This document shows positions 54,601 to 64,000 of a DNA stretch of 64,000 bases, one piece after another (within the stretch, counting starts at the first letter, position 1; each line of letters starts with the position of its first letter). Below the pieces are notes generated by a model. The model was not told the origin of the DNA and did not search any database. It saw nothing but the letters and a program-made list of their open reading frames with translations. This DNA comes from Mobula birostris (taxonomy: Eukaryota), in the NCBI RefSeq assembly GCF_030028105.1, contig NC_092378.1:87775764-87839763 (forward strand), written 5' to 3'. A program made the translations under genes and the position numbers.

Positions 54601-55040
54601 ATGCTAACTTTATTTGAAAATGCTCTCGGAGATCAGCAAGCCCTGGCTTGTCACCCTCACTTGCTACCTTCCACCTCTGTCTCAACGATCTAAGCTCTCT
54701 CCTCAACCTACTTATCTCCTTCTGGCGCCTGCTTGGTTGCTGTGTAGGCTTTGCTTTCTTCAACTCAACCAAATCAGACCTGTACTTTCCAACATCGTAA
54801 ATCATATCGCCCATGACTTCCAACTTTCTCTTTGATGTTCCCCTGAGAGTGTTCTCCAACATCATACTTATATCCTCATCAAATACACGCCAAACCTTCT
54901 CTGCCATTGCTGGCCACTTGACCTTCCTCTTCTTCTCTACCTCCACACCACTGCCATCATGCGAAGGATCTACCTGGGTACTGTGGTCTGAAACCTGACC
55001 TGGGTTATCTCTCGTCTGACCTGGAGTATGATGACTCTCT
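51650..55040 (-). mobile_element. Long RLE-type non-LTR retrotransposon (HERO/NeSL/R2 group), mildly disabled
   Basis: RT (FRPISLLNVEGK, WLDLANAYGSVPH, MGCAISHILF, AFMDD), CCHC finger CAACGEKGTLQHILSAC, RHN motif WRHNNVL, and restriction-like endonuclease CPDRIVWSD...GELTVPWE; few stops and frameshifts. Confidence 0.88.
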
Positions 55041-55079
55041 CCAGAGCAAATCGCTGTGGCTTGTGAATCAGTAGTTGAA

Positions 55080-58000
55080 CATATTAGAGGACTAAATGGG
55101 AATAAAGTTTGTCAAATGTGTTCAGAAAAGTCTTTTTCATCAGTATGTAGAAGTCCCAATGAGAGAGTATGCGATACCGCATCTGCTATTAGGGAATGAG
55201 ACAGGGCAGATGACAGAAGTTTGTGTAGGGGAACACTTTGCATCTCTTGACCACAATGCCATTAGTTTCAAAATAAATATGCAAAAAAGTAGATCTGGTC
55301 TGGGGGGGTGGGGTTGAGATTCTAAGTTGGAGAAAGGTCAATATTGATTGTATCAGGCAGGATAGGCTGTTCTGGGACCTCTACTTTTCCTGATTTTTAT
55401 TAACGACCTGGATGTGGGGGTAGAGGGGTGGGTTGGCAAGTTTGCAGATGACACAAAGGTTGCTGGTGTTGTAGATAGTGTAGGGGATTGTCAAAGATTG
55501 CAGAGAGACTTTGATAGGATGCAGAAGTGGGCTGAGAAGTGGCAGATGGAGTTCAACCTGGAGAAGTGTGAGGTGGTACACTTTGGAAGGACAAACTCCA
55601 AGGCAGAGTACAAAGTAAATGGCAGGATACTTGGTAGTGTGGAGGAGCAGAGGGATCTCGGGGTACATGTCCACAGATCCCTGAAAGTTGCCTCACAGGT
55701 GGATAGGGTAGTTAAAAAAGCTTATAGGGTGTTAGCTTTCATAAGTCGAGGGATAGAGTTTAAGAGTCGCGATGTAATAATGCAGCTCTATAAAACTCTG
55801 GTTCGGCCACACTTGGAGTACTGTGTCCAGTTCTGGTCACCTCACTATAGGAAGTATGTGGAAGCATTGGAAAGGGTACAGAGGAGATTTACCAGGATGC
55901 TGCCTGGTTTAGAAAGTATGAATTATGATCAGAGATTAAGGGAGCTAGGGCTTTACTCTTTGGAGAGAAGGAGGATGAGAGGAGACATGATAGAGGTGTA
56001 CAAGATAATAAGAGGAATAGATAGAGTGGATAGCCAGCGCCTCTTCCCCAGGGCACCACTGCTCAATACAAGAGGACATGGCTTTAAGGTAAGGGGTGGG
56101 AAGTTCAAGGGGGATATTAGAGGAAGGTTTTTTACTCAGAGAGTGGTTGGTGCGTAGAATGCACTGCCTGAGTCAGTGGTGGAGGCAGATACACTAGTGA
56201 AGTTTAAGAGACTACTAGACAGGTATATGGAGGAATTTAAGGTGGGAGGTTATATGGGAGGCAGGGTTTGAGGGTTGGCACAACATTGTGGGCCGAAGGG
56301 CCTGTACTGTGCTGTACTATTCTATGTTCTATGTTTTCTGGCAGAGGTGTACTTGGTAAGTGGGAGGCCTTCAAAAGTGAAATTTTGGGAGTACAAAGCT
56401 TTTATGTCCCTGTCAGAATTAAAGATAACAAGTTCAGGGAACGCAAACAACAGTTCAGGGAACATTAATTTTTCAAGAGATATTGAGGCCCTGGTTAAGG
56501 AAAAAAAGGAGGTGTTTGTGCTTATGGAGTGCAAGAAGTGCAAGAGAATATTTAAGAAAGAAATCAGGAGGGCCAAAAGAAGGCATGAAGTTGCCCTAGC
56601 AGACAAGGTGAACGAGAATCCTAACAGATTCTATGTATGTTAAGAGCAAAAGAATTGCCAAGGTCAAAATTGGTCCCCTGGGAGATCAGAATGGTAATCC
56701 AGGTGTGCAGCCAAAGCAGACTGGAGAGAGATCTTAAATAAATTTGTTGCATCTGTATTTACTCGGGAGATGGACACAGGGTCTATAGAAGTGAGACAAA
56801 ATAGCATCAACTTCATGGATCCTGTACAGATTACAGAGGAGGAGGTGCTTGCTGTCATAAGGCAAATCAGGGTTGATAAATCCTTAGTGCCTGGTGTTTC
56901 CTTGGGAGGCAAATGCAGAAATTGCTAGGGGCCTAGCAGAGATATTTAAAATATCCTTAGTGACAGGAGAGGTACCAGAGGATTGGAAGATAGCCAATGT
57001 TGTTCTGCTGTTTAAAAGAGGCTCTAAACATAAACCAGGAAATTATAGGCAAGTGAGTCTGACATCAGTTGTGGGAAAGTTACTGGAAGATATTTTAAGG
57101 GACTGGATATATTGATATTTGGATAAGCATGGACTGATAAAAGATAGTCAGTATGGCTTCCTGCATGGTAGGTCATGTCTAGTCAATCTTAGAGAGTTTT
57201 TCGAGGAAGTTACCAGGAAAGTGGATGAAGGCAAGGCAGTAGATATTGTCTACATGGACTTCAGCAAGGCAGTTGACAAGGTTTGACGTGGGAGTTTGGT
57301 CAGTTGCTCGGCATTCAAGATGAGCTAGTAAATTGGAGTAGATGGTGGCTTTGTGGTAGAAGTCAGAGAATGGTAGTAGATGGTTGCCTCTCTGACTGGA
57401 GGCCTGTGACTAATTGTATGCTGCAGGGATCAGTTCTGGCTGCTTTGTTGTTTGTCATCTATATCAATAATCTGACTGATAATGTGGATCAGCAGATTTA
57501 TGGATGATACCAAGATTGTGGGTGTAGTGGACAGCAAGGAAGTTTATCATGGCATGCAGAAGAATCTGGACCAGCTGGGAAAAATGGTCTGAAAATGGCA
57601 GATGAAATTTAATGCAGACATGTTTCAGTTTTTGCACTTCGGTAGGACCGACCAGAGTAGGTCTTACACAGTGAACGGTAGGGCACTGAGGAGTTTGGTA
57701 CAACAAAGGGATCTGGGAATACAGGACCATAATTTGTTTAAATTGCGTCACAGGTAGATAGGGTCATAAGGAATCTTTGGGCACGTTGTCACTCATAAGT
57801 TAATGTATTGAGTACAGGAGATGGGATTTTATGTTGAGGTTGTATAAGATGTTGGTGAAGCCTAATTTGGGGTATTGTGTGCAGGTTTGGTGAACAAGGT
57901 TGAAAGAGTACAGAGAAAATTTACAAGGATGTTGCAGGGTCTGGAGGACCTGAGTTATAAGGAAAGATTGAATAGGTTAGGACTCTATTCTTTAGGATGT

Positions 58001-58375
58001 GGAAGATTGAGAGGAGATTTGATAAAGTATACAAAATTATGAGGGGATTTGATAGGGCAAATGCAAGCAGGCTGTTTCCACTGAGGTTGGGTGGAACTAC
58101 CACCAGAGGCCATGAATTAAGTGTGAACGGTGAGAAGTTTAAGCAGAACATGAGGGGAACCATCTGCACTCAGAGGGTTGTGAGAGTGTGGAATGAGCTG
58201 CCAGCACAAGTGGTGCATGTGAGCTCCATTTCAATGTTTAAGAGAAGATTGGATGGTAGGGGTATAGAGGGCTATGGTCCCGGTGCATGTTGATGGGAGT
58301 AGGCAGTCTAAGTGGTTTTGGCATGGACTAGTTGGGCTGAAGGGCATGTTTCTGTGCTGTACTTCTTTATTACTC
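55080..58375 (+). mobile_element. Older ~2.3 kb CR1 LINE with a younger CR1 (55369-56333) nested inside
   Basis: The younger copy has an uninterrupted 247-aa RT C-terminal ORF (55414-56157) and a (tctatgt)n tail; host sequence ataggctgt|ttttctggcagagg rejoins across it. Confidence 0.9.
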
Positions 58376-58814
58376 TTTGACACTACTTCTACAAGTAGAA
58401 ACTATGAAGAATTTAAAGGTATCGACAATCATCTTGAATGTTACAATGAAATGAACGTTTGTAGGATGCATTCGTTGATAGCATAGTATGAAGGCAGTCC
58501 ATTATTTACACTAGTCACCTGTGCTGATTTTGTTCATTTCATTGATTCAAAAGAGCGTGTACACTGGATGAATTCCTCTGTTGATAACTATTAGGAACTA
58601 ATACAGTTTTTTAGTACTGTAGTAATATTGATAGTGTTCTAATTTGTTCTGTATTTCATTTAAATACATCATTTGTTACTCAGTTAAATGATAGTTTGTC
58701 CTTTTTTAAAATATCTTTTTAAATATTTCCATGGAACTTAAGCTAATTTGGTCAGCCTCTTCTTAATTGGACCAAAGTGTGCTGGTCCCAATGTGTCCCA
58801 ATTATCTGGAATTG

Positions 58815-59290
58815 TTCCTCAGACATTGAGCGTTTGTCTTTAGGCTTCTGTACTTCCTCTCTGATGGTTGGTAATAAAAATCGGGCATATCCTGGGTAAG
58901 AGTGGGGATCCTTACTGATGGACACTCCCCTTTGAGGCACCGCCTTTTGAAGATGTCATCAATGGTGGGGAAGCCAGTGCCCATGATGGAGCTGGCTGAG
59001 TTTACAACCATCTGCAGGTTTTTTTGATCACGTGGGGTGGCCCCACTCTACCAGATGGTGATGTAACCAGTTAGAATGCTCGCCACTGTACATCTGTACT
59101 GAATCTCCTCAAACTCCTAATGAAATATAGCTGCTAGTGTGATCTGTTTGTAATTGCATCAGTATGTTGGACCCAGGATAGATAGATTTTCAAAGATGTT
59201 GACACCCAGGAACTTGAAACTGCTTTCCCTTTCCACTGCTGACCTCTCGATTAGGACTGGAGTTGTGTTCCTTTGACTTCCCCTTCAATT
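58815..59290 (-). mobile_element. Rex1/L2-like LINE 3' fragment
   Basis: VVNSASSIMGTGFPTIDDIFKRRCLK...PSERKYRSLKT; same family as 15661 and 27355. Confidence 0.7.
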
Positions 59291-59810
59291 TTTATTTATT
59301 GAAAAATATTTGTTGTGAATGTACAACCTATTTTTATGCCTGTAAGGATTTGGATATATGCGTACATGTCCTTTAAGATCTCAGGATTTTTAAACTTAGT
59401 TGGTACAGTTTAGTAATTTAGGTTGTTGAGGAAATCCACCAGCAGAAAACCATTTCACTGGGATTACAAACTACTTTTTGTGGAATGGCTATGAAACCAA
59501 ATCTTTTGTTTCTGTGGTGAGAATATTTATTTAGTTTGGATGATGTTCTTTTAGGTCATGACATAGGTCTGTATTTTATGAAAGTGAAAAGATCATGTAT
59601 TGTCCAAAATTAAAGAATATTTATATCATTAATGTATATTTAATCAAAATACGCTATCACGTGGATATAAACATTGCTCATCTAATTTTTTTGTGCTGAT
59701 ATTGTTTTCTGTCTCTCATTCTTCTAAACCCTTCTCTAAAACTACCCTAACCCCTCATAATTCCTTAAAAAACACTACAGTTTAAAAACCGCTTGACATA
59801 TATTTTCTAG

Positions 59811-59951
59811 GTTGAAGAACAGGCTGAATATATTCTTTCCCACTCTCGCACTTTAGAGGCGGAACGAGAAAAACAGAAAATGGAAGTTAGTCATAAACGA
59901 GCTAGGATTGAGCTGGAGAAGGCAGCACAGTCCAGCTCCTGGAACCATGAG
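59811..59951 (+). CDS. MAD1L1: MAD1L1 coding exon 2 (141 nt)
   Basis: ttctag|VEEQAEYILSHSRTLEAEREKQKMEVSHKRARIELEKAAQSSSWNHE|gtttgt; matches human [22 protein letters not shown]. Confidence 0.95.
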
Positions 59952-60815
59952 GTTTGTATATTTGAACAGGCAATTGTGAAATGTAAACTTTTCTGGCACA
60001 AAACATTCTTCGTACTTTGTTGTTCTGTGCTGCCTGTCAGTCTCCTTTTGATAGAACTGAAGAGTAATTAGTTGGAAGATTTATGAATTTCTCTGGATTA
60101 TTAATTTAGATCCTCTAAATACAGGCCAGCAGCATAATAACTACATCAAGGGAAGAATGGTCAATCTGTAACCTGTCAGACTCAATTAAATTTTAAATTC
60201 TCAATACTTCACAGTATGATAGATTCGCACAGCATAGAAACAGGCCCTTCAGCCCATTCTGTTTATGCTATCAATATTAATCCCATTTATCAGCACTTTA
60301 TCTATAGCCAACAAGGAAATTGAAAAAAAGGTGTGAAAATAATGATAGTCATGGGCTGTAATTTCTTTTTGTTTATGAGCATTTTTTTGAGATTGTGTAA
60401 ACTTTCCATTGTCTTAATGTGACTTTTAAAACAAAGATAGCTTTTATTTGTATATAATATTATGTGAGGCATAGGCCCAGTACCAAGGTAGACAATATTT
60501 GGAGGGACTTAAAGTAAAAGGATATGATAGAACTTGATAAAGTGTCGTTTCACCCACATTGTGATGATGGTATAGTAAGGTTGTGGCCTTGGATATTGGA
60601 AAAGTCTGAAATACTTCTGTTTTAAACTTGACACGGCCATTGATGGCCTAAATGCTCATCCTCAGTTTTTATTTTTTTTATTTCTGTGATTCTGCTTGTA
60701 AACACGAAAGTAATTGACTGCAGACTATTGCAGATTTTCAACTTGTGGTTTTTATTATTTTCTATGACTATTTTTACTGTGATTTGTCCTTTTTTAATAC
60801 TTTCTCCCAATGTAG

Positions 60816-60995
60816 CGAGAGGCTGATCGAAACCAGGAGCTAGTTACCCAATTGAAACAACTTCAGGAAAAGGAAGCAGAGGCTGAGGCAAAATTGAAGG
60901 GTCAGATTAAAGTGACTAATTCATTGAAAGAGGATCTTGTGCTCCAGGATAAGAAGCTGCAAGAAAGAGAAGAAAAACTTGCTGAAGCCAATCAG
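60816..60995 (+). CDS. MAD1L1: MAD1L1 coding exon 3 (180 nt)
   Basis: tgtag|READRNQELVTQLKQLQEKEAEAEAKLKGQ...EEKLAEANQ|gtaaat; coiled coil; matches human REVDRNQELL. Confidence 0.95.
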
Positions 60996-61709
60996 GTAAA
61001 TTCATCAGGCAACAAAAATGAAATGGTATGGTCTTTCAGGCTGCATAACACCTAATCTGGTTATTCAGATTCCTGGTGACAGAATGTATTCTGTTAAAAC
61101 ATACAGGTATTTAAATTCTCACTATGTGCCATTATTGATTTCACCCTTGCAAACTTGTATCTATTAATAGTAGCTTGCAATGTTCTGCATTGTCTTATAG
61201 AGAGAGGCCCAGTGTTGGATGGACCTTTGGGATTAGTCAGAGAGTTGTTTTCAGCCACAGCTTTCTCCAGGATGTTCCTGGCCATCTTAGATTAATATTG
61301 CATCTGAAACATTGACAATGATTTGTGGGATTTGTAGCTAGAATATTTTTCCCAGCCTAGGAGATAAGAGTAATTTTCTAGTACAGTGTACATATGAACT
61401 CTTCACCTGCATATTGAGGAGCTCCAATGGTAGAAACCTAGTACTGGAGTTTAATACAAGAAACATTATGCTCTCCCAGTCTTGCTATTTTTACTGGAAG
61501 AGAATGCTTACCTGTATAGTTAATAACATTTATTTTTCTGCATTGATGTAATAAGCAATTATCTGTAAATATTCAGTCCTTAAACTTTAATTTTCCGTTT
61601 AAATAATTTTGTAATACTGAATGATAGTATGAAGTTTTATTTTGACATAACATAATTGAATTAGCCAAAAATGCCTCCATGTGTAATCCAAATAATACCA
61701 TGAATACAA

Positions 61710-61842
61710 GTCCTGACGAAGGGTCTCGGCCTGAAATGTCGACTGCACCTCTTCCTAGAGATGCTGCCTGGCCTGCTGCGTTCACCAGCAACTTTTATGT
61801 GTGTTGCTTGAATTTCCAGCATCTGCGGAATTCCTGTTGTTT
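61710..61842 (+). repeat. Solo Penelope-derived hammerhead-bearing unit with 12-bp target-site duplication
   Basis: gtcCTGACGAagggtctcggcctGAAAtGTCgac...; flanks ccatgaatacaa (61698-61709) and ccatgaatgcaa (61843-61854). Confidence 0.8.
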
Positions 61843-62677
61843 CCATGAATGCAATCATCCTTTCAAAAGTTAAAACTTTGAACAAACTCAGAATATTGAA
61901 TGTATAGTTTTATTCTTAGAACTAGTGTTATGACTATTACTTCCAGTTTTTTCTCTACTTTTTTACTTTTATTCAGAGCAGCGACTTTTGTTGCAGAGAT
62001 GAGCAGCAGCTGCTCTCTCCTCTTAGAGGCATTTGTGATAAGGATTGTTTGTTGCTGTTGAGTTACTAGAACAAGTAAGAATGTACAATCAAGCATGACT
62101 TCTATTATTATAATTTTATAATTTTTATAAGTATAATTTCTACGTGAGTCACTGGACAGCGATTGGTATAGGGAGCAGTTACTAATTTCTATCTATCATC
62201 CCTCCTTTTATAACTGCCCATGCTGAAGTACCAAAATATTAAGTAATGTACCAAATTGGGTTCGTACTGTTTAATGTTTTCCTATAAAAATAATTTAAAT
62301 TGTATTTTTTTTTTTTAGTTAAGTTGTATTTCTTCTGATGTGATTTTGTATATGGTAGGTCCTGCTGTCATGTACGTGTTCCTATTTGCTAATTTTATGC
62401 TGTATGTCGTGTAACATTTAATTCAATAATGCTAACAGAAAGAAAATGTTTTACTTATTTATTGTACTGAATATCAGCAACTGTAAATCTTTTATCGATC
62501 ATATGATGGAATGTGTATTATTTGAAATTACAGTTCAAAATTATGCCTCTTGTATATGTACAGTCCAGTATTGATGCTGTTAAGGAAATAGAAGATATGA
62601 ATGCAATCTAAAAATTTTTAAAGCATCTTTAATATTTTAACATTTCTGATAATAGTGCTCTCTTTATTGTCATGTAG

Positions 62678-62802
62678 ACAATTGAAGTCTTGAAGGCCAA
62701 GATATCAGAGCAACAACGGAAACAAATGGCACAGGAGATGCAGCTAGCAACATTGACAACAGAGCGTCAAGAGCTGCTTGAGCAACTAGAAGTACAGCGC
62801 AA
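62678..62802 (+). CDS. MAD1L1: MAD1L1 coding exon 4 (125 nt); gene continues beyond the window
   Basis: atgtag|TIEVLKAKISEQQRKQMAQEMQLATLTTERQELLEQLEVQR(K)|gtatgg; matches human TINALKGRISELQ...QELQEQLDLQHK. Confidence 0.93.
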
Positions 62803-63589
62803 GTATGGCAAAAATCAAAATTTGGAGATCATTGGATGTCCACCTTTGTAGTGGTTGCTTTCATCCGCATCACTTCTCACCTGTCACTGTTTAGATTTCT
62901 TGATGGAAATAGAATTTTTAAAGGCAACCATAATTGTTTCTTTATAAAGATATTAATTTTTAATCTTCCAGTATCGACTTTCTCCTCTTGCTATTTGATA
63001 GTGTGAACTATTGTTTTAAAAATAACAGCTCTTGAATATTTTTCCCAAGACAGTAAACTGCATGACAAATCCAGATACTGTGCATTAACTTCAGTTAGCC
63101 ATTAGGCTGAACCACAATCCATATCTCCATGGTTTACTTCAGATGTATACTGTAAGAGCTGAAGTTATTGACTCATCACTTGGGTCTAAAATCATAAGTA
63201 TAGTTGTTAGTTGCCTCATTCAGGTATCAACTCTTCACAATTGAGCCAGATTGACAAGCATCAAGAAAGCTTTTGGCAACAAGGTGTTCACAAGAAAATC
63301 TGATTTATTTTCTTTAGAGTTGTAACAACTGGAAATGGAACTCTGATATTTCTTCAACTCCACTTTTTTGGCCTAGAGCACTAAGATACATGTGAAAAGG
63401 AAATTTACCTGAAATTTTGTTTGTCTAGTTGGCTGTGAAATGAATATTTTCCTTGTTCCTCTATTGACAATGTAAAGTCGGAAATGTTTATGGACTTAAT
63501 GAGAAAAATACTATAAGGTTACGAGGAAAGGAATTTTTTTTCATGGGGCATTATTTGGTCCTTTGAGATTGTGTCTGTGTTTTCTTTTG

Positions 63590-64000
63590 TTTTGTAATTT
63601 ATTTTTTTTATTGAAGTTTATCATCAAACATTTCCATAAGATGTATTTCAGATACTGTATGTGTGTGTATATATATCATAATCATATTTGTCACAAGTCT
63701 CCACATAATATTTATCTGAGGTATACACTTATAGAAAGGAGTCGAAAGAAAGAACAATCTAAAGAAGAAAACTATGTACAAAGTAGGGAGTGATTTTTTT
63801 TTTACAAGATATTCATTGACTTGTGAGAATAAGATCAGGCCTATGAGGTGTTATGTAGTTAAACCATTTTTCCCAGTATGAATCAAATTGTTCCAACTTA
63901 TGATTAACAGATGCTGTTATCTTCTCCATTTTGTAAATGTCCATTGTAATTTCCATTCATACATTTAAAGTAGGGCTCTCCTGTGATAACTATTTCCTGG
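63590..64000 (-). mobile_element. Probable L1/Tx1-like LINE 3' end
   Basis: T-rich run with tttatt (AATAAA plus A-tail on minus) followed by Trp/Lys-rich coding-like sequence on minus. Confidence 0.45.

Noticed and set aside
55414-56157. 247-aa reverse-transcriptase ORF as a domesticated gene or retron-like system
   Set aside because: 5'-truncated CR1 ORF2 C-terminus with a premature TAG and a normal CR1 tail.

Overview
Eukaryotic (vertebrate) genomic DNA. The repeat content (abundant HER1-like CR1 LINEs, Penelope-type short repeats) suggests a cartilaginous fish, probably a ray; this is inference. Three spliced genes can be read with canonical GT-AG boundaries. NUDT1/MTH1 is on the minus strand (3 coding exons, 161 aa). 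MRM2/FTSJ2 is on the plus strand (2 coding exons, 232 aa) and shares a CpG-island bidirectional promoter with NUDT1 at ~14 kb. The 5' part of MAD1L1 is on the plus strand (CpG promoter at ~31.3 kb, four coding exons at 41.8-62.8 kb, running off the window). The first ~2.6 kb looks like the 3' UTR of an upstream plus-strand gene, SNX8 by human synteny. The rest is mostly transposon debris: CR1, Rex1/L2-like, I/Nimb, a long restriction-endonuclease (HERO-like) non-LTR element, Penelope, Tigger/pogo, Chapaev3-like and MITEs, often nested. The most unusual signal is a dispersed family of short Penelope-derived units carrying a minimal hammerhead-ribozyme core (CTGACGA-A-GGGT-loop-GCCC-GAAAC-GTC). 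In MAD1L1 intron 1, a tandem pair of these units can be folded into a complete type III hammerhead on the sense strand (40488-40531).
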